Shown: in pieces, positions 43,850-55,925 of the stretch
How the letters are laid out: each line of letters opens with the position of its first letter
How positions within the stretch are numbered: the stretch's first letter is position 1
Source: Octopus vulgaris
Lineage: Eukaryota
Assembly: GCA_951406725.2 (NCBI GenBank)
Contig: OX597819.1
Span: forward strand, 78,616,001-78,680,000
Direction of reading: 5' to 3'
Length of the DNA: 64,000 bases
The notes under the pieces: model-generated
Seen by the model: only the letters and a program-made list of their open reading frames with translations
Database searches by the model: none
What the model was told of the DNA's origin: nothing
Translations under genes and position numbers: made by a program

Positions 43850-43916
43850 GGGATAGATAGATAGACAGGACTGATAATAGATAGACAGATGTGTGTGTGT
43901 GTGGATATATATATAT

Positions 43917-43981
<65 letters not shown>

Positions 43982-44000
43982 GATAGATAGGAGGGAGGGA
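43640..44000. repeat. 37-bp minisatellite (GATGAATATATAGAGAAGGAGAGTGAATAGATAGATA, ~3 copies) grading into (GATA)n
   Basis: Units start at ~43709, 43746, 43783. Confidence 0.85.
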
Positions 44001-44325
44001 GAAAGTTAGCTAAAGTGTGAAGCAAAGCTGAAGAGGAAAAGATGTCAGGTAAATTTGCAAGATAAGAGAGGAAGAAGGTACAAACATAGATAGACAGAGT
44101 GAATGACAGTGAGACGTAAACAGAAATTGACAGAAGCAGACGAGAAAGAAAGAGTGACAGGGAAGGGAGTGACAGACGTAAACATAAATTGACAGAAACA
44201 GACGATCAAAATATAATTTGACAAAGGCAGACGTAAATACATACACACACACACACACAAACAAACACGCCAACACATACATATTTGTGTGTGTGTGTGT
44301 ATGTATGTATGCATGCACGCACGCA

Positions 44326-44327
<2 letters not shown>

Positions 44328-44399
<72 letters not shown>

Positions 44400-44523
44400 T
44401 TCTCTCTCTCTCTATCATATATATATATATATATATATATATTTCTCTCTATCATATATATATATATATATATTTCTCTCTCTCTCTATCATATATATAT
44501 ATATATTTTCTCTCTCTCTCTCT

Positions 44524-44585
<62 letters not shown>
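44328..44585. repeat. Alternating (TA)n(TC)n composite minisatellite
   Basis: Five TA-run/TC-run cycles followed by (GA)n. Confidence 0.9.
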
Positions 44586-44586
<1 letters not shown>

Positions 44587-45761
44587 AAGTTGACACATCT
44601 AGAAGAGATGGAGTCAAATAAATGTTGAGTAGGTAATTACACAGATAAAGAGACTAAGAAGAGATAGACGGCTAATGATAAAAATCTCTCTCTCTCTCTT
44701 TCCACACACTCACATATAAAAGATAGAAAAAGGAAAAGAGAGAAAGATACATGCGAGCGTGTGTGCGAGTGTGCGTGTGTGTGCGTGTGTGTGTGTGTAT
44801 GCGTGTGTGACAAGAGATATGAAAAGGAAACTGACAAGTGACTTAGATTGACAGAAGATAATGAAATATGGAGAGGATGAACGATTGGCAGAGAATGACA
44901 GAAACAGCGTATAGAAATTAGCGAGAGTACGAGAGAGAAGGAGAAAGTAAGTCAGAGAGAGAGAGGAAGGGAAAGAGAGAAAGAGGAAGTGAGAGAAAGA
45001 AAGTCAGAGAGACAGAGAGAGAGAGAGAGAGAATTAGAGTAGGCGAAAGACATTGATACGAGTGTGTGAGTGCGTATGCATGTGTGTGTAGGAGATTGTT
45101 ATTCATAGGGGACTGATACAGACTGTACTGAAAAACAAACTTAAATATAGGAGACAACAACGAAGCTTTAGATTTCTGGATGAGAAAAATTGGATGGGGA
45201 AGTTGTGATATTCATGTTTTTCTTAAGACATATTAAAGAGAATTAAAGGAGACAATTCAATGAAAATCCAACTGGGAATCGAAACGGGACATCATATTTA
45301 GCACAAAAATAATAGTTTCTCTTTTGATTTGGTCCATCAAATCCATGTTTTAAAAGAAGGAAGAAATGAATGGAAGGTGTGAATACATTGTTTACGTACC
45401 AAATGACATTAGCAGAATAACAGAAATTTTAAGATCTTTATAATGTGCTGAAAAATGAAATATTAAATCGTGTGTACTTTGTACGCCGTCTTCGCTTTTT
45501 GATTTAAATTTCAAACCTGTCTCAACTGAACTTAATCTAGAAGGAGTTGTCTTCCCTATGATAGTTGACCGCCGGAGGTAGATTACGTGAAGAAAGAAAA
45601 TGTGTTCAAAGTTCCCGGATTGGAACAGCCGCATGATCTCTGCTCACGGGGAGATTTGCTTCTTACTTCACAAAGGCCACTGTCTCTAGCTCCACAACAC
45701 ATGTCACTACTATAATACCATATTTTCCGGGATACAATTCGAATTTTTCAGACCAAAGTAT

Positions 45762-46165
45762 ACTCTTTTTCTCTTTTACTTGTTTCAGTCATGTAACTGT
45801 GACCATGCTGGAGCACCGCCTTTAGTCGATCAAATCGACCCCAGGATTTATTCTTTGTAAACCTAGTACTTATTCTATCGGTCTCTTTTGCCGAACCGTT
45901 AAGTTACGGGGACGTAAACACACCAGCATCGGTTGTCAAGCGATGTTGGTGGGCGACAAACACAGACACACAAACATATACACACACCACATACATATAT
46001 ACGACGGGCTTCTTTCAGTTTCCGTCTACCAAATCTACTCACAAAACTTTGGTCGGCCCGAGGCTATAGTAGAAGACACTTGCCCAAGGTGCCACGCAGT
46101 GGGACTGAACCTGGAACCATGTGGCTGGTAAGCAAACTACTTACCACACAGCCACTCCTACACCT
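45762..46165 (-). mobile_element. SINE family B, full length
   Basis: Colinear with 19036-19448. Confidence 0.92.
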
Positions 46166-46690
46166 ATGAAAAATAAGCGGTACCTTAATGACTGAGGTCG
46201 ACTTATACTTCAAAACGATTTATGAGAACCAAAAATTCCATGTGAAAAGCAGCAGCATTTGGAAAGGTTTGAATGTTTGCTCTACATGTTTATACTATAT
46301 ATGCTACAACGTCTTGCATGGCAGAATATAGGGCACTGCTGCTTGCTTCACAGGACATATATATTCATTACTCTAATACTGTTTCTTGCTTTGCAACACC
46401 GAACAGACCATTAGCTTGTCCATCGTTCCACTCACAGTATCTTGCTAACACAGGGTCTCCGGACTAGTCAGTCACTCTCTCACCTGCATTGTTATCTCTG
46501 ACCTTTTGGCAATTCAGAACTCATGCCACTCGTCCAACGCTCCTTGTCCAACCACTAACAATATTTCCTGTCCTAAAAGGCGCACTCACCGCAAGAACAA
46601 TAGATAAAACCTTCAACTTGACCTCCGTGGTTTCAACAAGGCTTACGTGGCACTAATGTATCCTTCATCTACGAATCGATATATCTTCTA

Positions 46691-47095
46691 TCTTTTACTT
46701 GTTTCAGTCATTAGACTGCGACCATGCTGGAGCATCCCCTTGAAGTACTTTACTCAAACAAATCGACCCCAGTACTTATTTTTTAAAAGCCTGCTACTGA
46801 TTATATCACTCTTTTGCCGAACCGCTAAGTTACAGAGACGTAAACACACCAACACCAGTTGTCAAGCGGTGGTGAAGGGACAAACACAGACAAAAAGATA
46901 TGCGCACATACACACACACACATATATATATACGACAGGCTTCTTTCAGTTTCCATCTACCAAATCCACTCAAAAGGCTTTGGTCGGCTCGAGATTATAG
47001 TAGAAGACTCTTGCCCAAGGTACCACGCAGTAAGACTGAACCCGAGACCATGTGGTTGGGAAGCAAACTTCTCACTACACAGCCACTCCAGCGTC
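46691..47095 (-). mobile_element. SINE family B, full length
   Basis: Colinear with 19036-19448. Confidence 0.88.
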
Positions 47096-47171
47096 TGATA
47101 CCGAAATCTCAATCAACAACATTAGAAAGGATATCGACGAGTAAAATTTCGATATCGGATAAACTTCAGTA

Positions 47172-47560
47172 TCTTTTATTTTTTACAGGATTCAGTCATT
47201 GGACTATGGCCATGCTGGGGCATCGCCTTGAAGGGTTTTTGTTGAACAGATCAACCGCCCAGTACTTATTTCATTTTCTCGGACTCTTTTGCCGAACCGC
47301 TATGTCACGAAGCCCGAAACAAACAAGCATCAGTTTATCAAGTGATTGTGGGGACAAAGATAGAAACAAAGGCGCACGCGCGCACACAGACACAGTCACA
47401 GACACACACGAATTCCCACACAATATTGTTAACCAAATCCACTCACAAGGCATTGTTCGGGCCGAGGTTATAGTATAAAGACACTTGCCCAAGGTGGGAT
47501 TGAACCCTAAAACACGTGGTTGCGAAGCAAGCATCATAAAAACACAGCCAAGCCTGCGCT
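47172..47560 (-). mobile_element. SINE family B, degenerate
   Basis: Tail, body and head recognisable; extra tail fragment at ~47605-47652. Confidence 0.78.
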
Positions 47561-48088
47561 TATGTATATGCAAGAAGGTTACTTATTCCTATATATATAT
47601 TCTCTTATTCTTTAATTTGCTCCAGTCATTTGACTGCGGCCATGCTGGAGCATATATATATGTATGTAAAATAAAATCACACACATACACATTTTCCACT
47701 GAAGTTGATGAAACGTTCGCGTGCAGATCGGATTTATACTACGTAATCTCATCAGAAAATCCACACAAATACATCAATATTTAATTTTTATCATGATATT
47801 GTTTGACAACTGAAACAGACTATGTTGATTCTATTGTCATATCTCAAGGACCTTTCTCTTGAAAGGAAAAAAAAAAAAATACTTCAAGTCTGATTAATTT
47901 TCCTTTTCTACAAAAAGCAACTAAGGACCTATATTGGAGCATTGTTCGCAGAAATTGGGTTGCTGCTATTGCAATACATAGACATGCAAAATCGCATGAA
48001 AAATATGTAAAAATACGAGAAATAGAATCAAAGACCATCGAGATCCACTCACCAATACGCTACAAGAAGTATTCTACAGATACTCTGT

Positions 48089-48272
48089 AGGTAACTTTGT
48101 GGACACTCGACTTGCTAGAAGTAGTAATCTAATCTCATGTAAATCAATTTTAACCGATTTAGCAAAAGAAACAACGGTTCTGTGTCCACTATATCTTTCA
48201 TATTTTGTTATTGGACTGCGGTTATGCTGGGGCTCTATATTGAAGGGTTTAGTCAAACAGATTGATCCAAGA

Positions 48273-48274
<2 letters not shown>
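48089..48274 (+). repeat. Left arm of 186-bp inverted duplication
   Basis: Inverse of 49622-49807, 7 substitutions by manual count, no indels. Confidence 0.95.
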
Positions 48275-48312
<38 letters not shown>

Positions 48313-48846
48313 GTTTGTGTCATTGGTAGTGATAGATATGATAGATAGAATCCATAGTGCAGTGGAGTAACGACTGTGATTCGTTTACTGGGAATGTGGA
48401 TTTAAATCTAACCATGAGCACATTTCTTTCGTACGGAAATAAATGATGCAGCTCAGGGTATTGAGATTTGTGAAAGATTTACCAACACCATACCGTAGCT
48501 GAACAATATCATAGTAAGATTATATCATCGTTTTCATTCCACAGTTAAAATCGTTTACTTCTTGGCGTATAGAGAAAAATTATACAAACCCTTTAAGTAA
48601 AAGAGGTGATACGTGTATAACAAAGTATAGAGTATTCAAAGATGTTCTTTCCAAGGAATGCCTAGGCAAATGTTACTTTATTTCAAGAATCAAATGTGCC
48701 ACAAAAACCTTTTTGTTTTAACAGAAAGGAAATTATGTATTTCAGGTCCCTCCATAAAATCCCAACAGTTAACAGCTTTAAAAATAACAATGGAACTTAT
48801 ACGGGTGCCGTTAGTATAGATTTTATAGTTGCGTAATATATATTGC

Positions 48847-49098
48847 TTTCAAATTTTGATAGAAGGCCAGTAATTTCCGGGGTGGCGGTTAGTCGAACTG
48901 GTACTATTTCATCGATCCTGAAAGGATGAAAGGCGAAGTCGACTTCGGCGGAATTTGAACTCAGGACGTGCAGGTGGACGAAATGCCGCTAAGCATTTTG
49001 CCCGGGGTTCGATAAAATAAGTACCAGTTGAGTACTGGAGTCAACGTAATCGATATAACATTCCCCCGAAATTGCTGGCCTAGTGCCAAAATTTGAAA
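48847..49098. mobile_element. Two SINE-A2 fragments fused in inverted orientation
   Basis: Minus copy ~48847-49005, plus 3' part ~49006-49098; ends TTTCAAATTTTG / CAAAATTTGAAA are mutual inverses. Confidence 0.75.
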
Positions 49099-49621
49099 TC
49101 AATACATATTAAGAAAGTGATAATGAAGAATGACATAGAACAGTAGTATCACCTTAAACCGAAGTGGGCAATTAGAGAGGACCAATGCATCCACGTGGTT
49201 CTGTAAGCAAACCCGGACTACTAACCTTCTTTTCCATAATGGCCAGTGTGAACAGATTTTAATTAACGCCGTGACGTTCATATTTTTGAAAATAGTCATG
49301 CTGTGACGTTCATAGTTTTTCACAGCCATCGGAGCGCGAAACGCTCCACACGAACGCATGTTCATGAGATGGCTGTGATTTATAAAAAGTTTTGAGTAGG
49401 AACCGGAAAGAAAAGTATGAACATGCAATGCGCATGTGCACACTGAATTCGTAAAATGAAAGAGAATGATAATAACGCAATGCACATGTCAAAATGAAAC
49501 GGAAGAGAGGAATAAAACAAATTATATGATGGTCTGCATACCACGTCTGGCAATTATATCAACTCGGCGGTTCGCCAAAAGAGATCAATAAAATAAGTAC
49601 CAAACCTCCAATAAAGCGTAA

Positions 49622-49807
49622 ATTCTTGGATCAATCTGTTTGACTAAACCCTTCAACATAGAGCCCCAGCATGACCTCAGTCCAATAACAAAATATGAAA
49701 GATATAATGGACACAGAACCGTTGTTTCTTTTGCTAAATCGGTTAAGATTGATTTACATGAGATTAGATTACTACTTCTAGCAAGTCGTGTGTCCACGAA
49801 GTTACCT
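49622..49807 (-). repeat. Right arm of 186-bp inverted duplication
   Basis: Inverse of 48089-48274. Confidence 0.95.
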
Positions 49808-50019
49808 TTGCAGGTACGTTCTAGCAAATTATTTTGTCTGACTCTCTACTCTGACTTTGCAAATCCAATGGTCTTAGGTACTTACTTAATCAGTACCGAA
49901 AAGCAATGATGTCATCGCTGACGAGAGTTACACTCAGAAATGCAAGGCAACGAGAGGGACAGCGTAAAATGCGTTGAGTGTTGACACAGAGAGTAGCCTC
50001 AAGCTGTCATCAGAAGTAG

Positions 50020-50982
50020 GTGAATGTAAAAAGAAAGAAGTACGATGAGAAGTGGACTGGGAAAGAGGCCGGGTGTGAGTCAAAAGAAAAAAAGGTGAAG
50101 AGAAAAAGAGGTTAGTATTGAGAGAGGGAGTTAGAGAAATAGAAGAGGGTAGAGGGGCAAACGAAATATGGAGAAAGAAGAGAAACACAAGTAAATGGAG
50201 AAAGGGGGTAGAGAGAGAGGGGGAAAATAGAAGAGGATAGAAAGGTAAAGGAGGTAAACAAGATACAGGGAAAGAGAAGAAGCAGAAGCAAGTGGAGGAA
50301 GAGAGAGAAAGAGAGAGAAAAGATGGAAGAGAAGCTGAGGGGCAAAGGAGATTCAGAGAAAGAAAAGAAGCACAAACAAATGAAGAGAGAGAGAGAGAGA
50401 GAGAGAGAGAGCAATTAGAAGACGGAGCTGAGTAAATGAGAGTGAAAGAGCTAAAGAAAGACAGCAACAGTGATAATGAAGCAGAGGAGGGAGAGACAGG
50501 GAGAAAGGAAGAACAATTATGAGAGAGATACACACAGAAAGACAAAAACAATTAAAAGTGATATATATATAGAGAAAAGGTGAGTAAACGGAAAGAGAAC
50601 ACAGAAGAACGAATGAGAGACCAAAGGAGGTGGGGGATAAAACAGATCGGGAAGATAAAAGAAGATAGTAAGAGAAGCAACTCGGGGCAGAGAGAGTAGG
50701 CGGAGGAGAGAGAGAGAGTAGAGAGAGTGAAGCATGAGCGAGTGAGAGTATGTGAGCAAGAGAGAAATAGAGAAAGAGAGAGAGTATATGTGCAAGAAAG
50801 AAAGAGAGAGAGAGAGAGGGATGAAGGGAGAAGAAGGGAATTTAAAATTACTGGAATAGAGAGAGGCATAGAGTGTGTGTGTGTGTGTAAGGCAAAGGAT
50901 GTAGAGAAAGAGAAAAAGTGAGAAAGAGTAGCGAGAGAAAGAGAGTCAGAGAGAATGAGAAAGAGAGATAGTTGGAGAGAGA
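50020..50982. repeat. ~1 kb purine-skewed GA-rich low-complexity tract
   Basis: Direct inspection. Confidence 0.9.
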
Positions 50983-51052
50983 TTGCAGAGCAGCCAGTTT
51001 CAACTGACTGTTTGCAGTGTTGAACAAATACATTAGCAATAAAAGCGTTCGG

Positions 51053-51138
51053 TGATTGATGGTGACGTAGATAGGGTGGAGTGGCGCCATAAAGTCGGGC
51101 TTGACAGATGATTGACAGCCTGCACGGGAGGTGGGCGG
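51053..51138. promoter_or_regulatory. Candidate cis-regulatory motif cluster (Pbx-Hox, CRE half-site, posterior Hox/Cdx, Meis, Pbx-Meis/Prep, GC box)
   Basis: TGATTGATGG 51053-51062, TGACGT 51063-51068, GCCATAAA 51086-51093, TGACAG 51102-51107, TGATTGACAG 51109-51118, GGGCGG 51133-51138 in a GC-richer unique island. Confidence 0.45.
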
Positions 51139-51162
51139 ACACCAGCAGTAAAATGTAGGGAG

Positions 51163-51209
<47 letters not shown>

Positions 51210-51939
51210 TGTGCGTATGTATAATGAATTATAGGTGTTTACACGAACAAAATTGAAATATTCAATGCATACATAAGAGGGGAAATAGTGAAATACATAT
51301 TACATGATATAGCTTAGTAATGATAATACATCGTGACTGGAAGTTTCACGTTCTTAGATGTCCTAAATATTTTCAGGGCGTATTATGATCGTTCAGCATG
51401 AATTATGGGTCTTTCAACTCTTGATGGAGAACCAGACGCGTCGACGTGGCATACAACATGCCCTGGGCGCCCTTTAAAAACCCAGCGGAGCCCATCACTC
51501 TTTAACTGTACTAATACATACATACATACAACGATATAATGTGAACAAAATTGCAGATAAAATCGTAGTTCAAAGTTTGAAATACATATAAGGCTCACTT
51601 TCGTATCTTAGTGTTAGTTTGAGACGACTGGCCGCAGACCAGTATTTCTCAAATGCTTAACTTGTAACAAAATTTAATTTCCATTCACCTTAGAGAAAAA
51701 AAAAATCATCGAATATTCAATGAGAAAACATAACAGATGTACTAGTGCTTAATTAACACGAAAAAAGGATCAGTAAATTCAAAATACACACGCTTTTTTA
51801 ATGCTTGAATTAGTTTTGAACAGGATAGATGGGTTTGGTAAACATTGAGAAGATTAAGAAGATTAAGTTGCAGGTTAGTGAGTTTGAGTCGGACATCACC
51901 ACATTCTACGTTTGGAGTACTTCTCTGTCAGCTTAGTAA

Positions 51940-52301
51940 ACTCAGATTCCACAATATGCGAACTTGGAAAAAACTAGTAAAATAGGTTCAAAAGTTGCTC
52001 AAGATTTGAGGGTTTTTTGACACTTTTTTTTTTATTTTATTTTGAAAAAATCTGGATCTTTTCGGTTGGAGCCAAATTGTTCGTTCATTTAAATAACCTG
52101 TACATTTTAAACGGGCTGCACGTGAACGAAAAAGCACCAATGGACATCACACTTGATCAAGCATTCTCCAAGGTGTGACGCTATCTGGCAACTATTATAT
52201 ATTATTCAGTGATTTTTGTTCTGTTATAAAGGGATTTTTAAATGCAAACTAGTAAATCTAATCCCTGTGAACCCCAGAGCTTTAGTTATTCCTACAATGA
52301 G
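51940..52301 (-). mobile_element. Unclassified ~330-360 bp interspersed repeat (copy 1)
   Basis: Diverged inverse of 55124-55457; strand arbitrary. Confidence 0.8.
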
Positions 52302-52344
52302 AAAAGGCTAAAGGTCTATATGAGAAGTCCCGGCATAGTCAGAG

Positions 52345-52352
52345 TATATAAG
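52345..52352 (+). promoter_or_regulatory. Candidate TATA box
   Basis: TATATAAG in non-microsatellite context ~420 bp upstream of the ATG at 52771, followed by an A-rich leader-like sequence. Confidence 0.35.
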
Positions 52353-52770
52353 CCTATTTCAAAGAAACTTCAAACAAAATACCAGAAGAAACAGCCGGGT
52401 TAAAAGCTCAAAAACAAGTAAAAGGACTAACCAACAGAAATAGAAACAGTTAGTGAATAAAAATAGAAAATGGGTGAGTCGGAAAGTAGAAAAATATTTA
52501 AAAAAAATAAAAAAGAAAAACTAGAAAAGAAATGCTGAAAATCGCAGACGATATTGTCAAAGCCAAATGATACTAAGAACTGGACAAGCAATTAAAAATA
52601 CAAAAAGAACAAAAACCTATAGGGCAAAAAGTGACTGATAATCATTATTACAAACTTTTCAAAGTTCGTTCGTGAAAAAAAAACCCAACAACAACAGAAA
52701 ACAAAAAAAGGAAATTGAGAGCAAAGATAAAGCAGAACATACAGAGGTGGTTGGAAAGACCACTTCAGAC

Positions 52771-52888
52771 ATGTTTAACACATCCATGCATACAGAAGCA
52801 ATATCATTGGTGTTTATAGTTGTATCTGTATTTCTACTCGGTGTCTCATGTGGGTTGGTATCCGCCAGCGATGAACGAGCGGGCGTGT
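52771..52888 (+). CDS. Putative first coding exon of a secreted or membrane protein (signal peptide)
   Basis: MFNTSMHTEAISLVFIVVSVFLLGVSCGLVSA-SDERAGV: hydrophobic core, small-residue cleavage motif (VSA), purine at -3 of ATG, and consensus donor GTGAGT at 52889-52894 (phase 1). No downstream exon identified in window. Confidence 0.5.
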
Positions 52889-53109
52889 GTGAGTGTTCAC
52901 AGCTTATCTGAGTTGGCACAAAAAGGGTCCGTGTGTATTAACCCCCACTGCTATGTGTGCACTGCTAACTGCACCTCTCTTTGCATATGATTGAACTGTG
53001 TACTCATAATTGTGTGTTTTGTTACCCCTACAGATCTATATTCATATCAATATTCACACATAAATGTGTATGTTGTTACCCACAGCAATATATATATATA
53101 TATATATAT

Positions 53110-53305
53110 AACGGGAAGGTTTACGAAAATAAATAAAAGACGAAGGCAGGTGGAGTACAAACAAACAAATGTATTAGTATGGCGCTCAGGAATAGAAATA
53201 GAACAAGTCTTTTACGTTTCGAGCCTACGCTCTTCGACAGAAAGATACACAGAGAGAAACAAGGAGAGAAAAAAATGCGTGTAAGAGCTAACGATCTATC
53301 ATGGC
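53110..53305 (-). mobile_element. Possible Penelope-like terminal-repeat fragment
   Basis: Follows a (TA)n run; minus strand has CTGTCGAAGAGCGTAGGCTCGAAACGTAAAAGAC, a hammerhead-like motif of the type found in Penelope repeats. Confidence 0.4.
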
Positions 53306-53490
53306 CTCCTGACTTCGGACAGTGGTCAGACGCTAGCGGGACAGTAGGGGAGATAACAGGGTCAAGTGACTTCCAGCGTGTGTGTGTGTGTATTGGTACT
53401 GACAGTTGTACAAGTATGTTGTTACCTACAGCTGCATGTGTGTGTATATTGTTACCCGCAATTGTATGTATTGTTACTCCAATATACATA

Positions 53491-53653
53491 GGCGCAGGTG
53501 CGGCTATGTGGTAAGAAACTTGCTTCTCAACCACATGGCTCTGGGTTCAGTACCATTGCGCGGCACCTTGGGCAAGTACTTTCTACTATAGCATCGGGCC
53601 GTTCAAAGGCTTGTGAGTGGATTTAGTAGACGAAAACTGAAAAGAAGCCCGTC

Positions 53654-53709
<56 letters not shown>

Positions 53710-54088
53710 ATATATAAACGGCAGTTTGTCTGTGCGTGTTTCTGTGTGTCTGTTTTCTCGTACCCTCACCCTGACCACGGCTTTCAACCGATTCTGATGA
53801 AACTTGACACACACATAGCCCAATGTCATAATTCAAAACTAACGCAGCGAAAATTTTGAAAAGTTAACCCCAGTTCTGAAAAAAATCGATAAATTCGACA
53901 TGGGGTCGAGAATAAAAAAAAACAAACCACAGACTGTCTAGGGGACGCAACTCAACCTTTTTTTACTCTCAAAAAAAAATTTACCATAATTTTTTTCCAT
54001 TTTTTGCTATTTTTTGGCTATAACTCTCTAAAAATGCTTTATAGTTATTTCCCTTACAAACCTGAGCAACGCCGGGCGATACTGCTAG

Positions 54089-54133
<45 letters not shown>

Positions 54134-54337
54134 CTTGGTGTCTGCGTTTGTCCCCCGCCATCACCGCTTGACAACCGATGTCGGTGTGTTTACGTCCCTG
54201 TGTCATAGCGGTTCGGCAAAAGAAAACGATAGAATAAGTACCAGGTTTACAAGAAATAAGTCCTGGGGGGCGATTTCTTCGACTAAAAGGCAGTGCTCAA
54301 GCATGGCTGCAGTGAAATGACTGAAACTAATAAAAGA
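53491..54337 (+). mobile_element. SINE family B split by a Helitron
   Basis: Head 53491-53656, (TA)n, Helitron, (TA)(GT)n, body and tail 54130-54337. Confidence 0.9.
53707..54088 (+). mobile_element. Non-autonomous Helitron, 382 bp
   Basis: A|TCTATATATAAACGGCAG...CCTGAGCAACGCCGGGCGATACTGCTAG|T; highly similar to 4082-4463. Confidence 0.88.
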
Positions 54338-54531
54338 ACATGTGCGTGTATTGGTACTTACAACTACATGTGTGTTTCATGACACCAGCGATAATATGTT
54401 TGTATTGGTAACTACAAGTGTATGAGAACCTGCATATTACTACCCACATCTCTACATGTGTTCATGTATCTTGGCACTTATGCTTGTACGTGAATGTTTC
54501 TCTTCTTATGCCTGAAGATCGCTATGAGTTA

Positions 54532-55600
54532 CGAGGATGAGCTGAAAAGTGCGTAGGTTGATTATGAAGGAATGTTAGAGCTGCGAAATTTTGCAAGCAT
54601 TAATTTCAGCTCTTCTTATCAATACCTGCATTGTTTTCTTTCCAGGTAAACTGACATCTGACTGTTCAGAGAAGACTTCAAAAGTAACTAGTAGCGACAT
54701 CTCTTGAAAATGGACAAAATTTAGCATTATGGTGTTATCAAGTACCTGCAGAGAAATGGTTTAACCTCTGAGGACATTCATGCTATCATGGTGGCTACAT
54801 TAGGATTTAGTCTAACCCCCAAGGACATTCATGCTATCATGGTTGCTACAATAGGATTTAGCTGAATTTAGGAGGGGAAGAAAGAGTCTTGAAGATGGCC
54901 AAAAGACTGGACGTCGTGCAACTGCCACCACCGAGAATAACGTTGATCGTCTTCACCGTATGCTGATGGATGAAGGCGATTGACTATAAATCAAATAGCC
55001 AATGAATGCTATTAGCATATCCCGTGAGAGGGTTGAAAATATTCTGCACAATGAACATGAAATGACGAAAGCTTCCGCTCGGTCGTTGTCATGTAGTCTG
55101 ACGCTTGATCAAAAGTGATCGCATCTCTTTGTAGGAAGAAATAAAGCTCGATGGTTCACAGGGATAAGATTTACTAGTTTGCATTTAAAAATCCCTTTAT
55201 AACAGAACAAAAATCACTGAATAATATATGATAGTTGCCAGATATCGTCATGCCCATTGGTGCTGTTTCGTCCACGTACAGTCCGTTTAAAACGTACAGG
55301 TTATTAAAATGAACGAACAATTTGGATCCAACTGAAAAGATCCAGATGTTTTCAAAATAAAAGGGAAAAAAATCTATCAAAATACCTTCAAACCTTCAGC
55401 AACTTTTGAACCTATTTATTAGTTTTTCCAAGTTCGCATATTGTGGAATATGGGTTTAGCTTTGTACATTGTTTCTGGCAAATCCAGCTGGTTTCCTAAG
55501 CCATGACGAGTGATGGATTCATCGCTTGGAACCAGAGACAAAGAGACAATCCGTGCAGTGGAAACACCCCCCACCTCAACTGCTCCAAAAAGAAGAAAAA
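54532..55600 (+). mobile_element. Decayed mariner transposon (5' part), interrupted by an insertion
   Basis: TA-CGAGGATGAGCTGAAAAGT end; MDKI*HYGVIKYL...EFRRGRKSLEDG..TGR.ATATTENNVD...SISRERVENILH...ASAR; resumes after 55457 with HDE*WIHRLEPETKRQSVQWKHP. Internal ~51-bp tandem duplication at 54771-54861. Confidence 0.82.
55124..55457 (+). mobile_element. Unclassified interspersed repeat (copy 2), inserted in the mariner transposase
   Basis: Inverse of 51940-52301; transposase homology stops before and resumes after it. Confidence 0.8.
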
Positions 55601-55925
55601 AGACTAAGCTACATGTACATATATGCATTATTGACTGCAGTCCAATTACTAGGCTGAGTAACCACAGCCCCATCATGGTTCATCACTCTTGTGTTGATAC
55701 CACGGTAGCAACAGTCGTATCGGTACTCCAGTAGCCATTAGAGAACATATGGATAAGGTATGGGCACACTGGGAAGTTGCCCAGGAGCCTCTCGGGTCCA
55801 GGAACACAATTCTGATAAATTTATGCTGTGGTTCGCTATCAGTAAATAAATACTATAGAACTCTGTGCATTTATATTAACGTATCACATTGACCACAGCA
55901 AAGATGTTTTTTTTAAGATTCTATC

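Noticed and set aside
48074-48329. Paired similar ORFs at 48074-48329 and 49585-49909 suggesting a small gene family
   Set aside because: By-product of the inverted duplication of repeat-derived DNA.
49934-51142. S/L/F-rich hydrophobic ORFs on the minus strand
   Set aside because: Translation of the GA/CT low-complexity tract.
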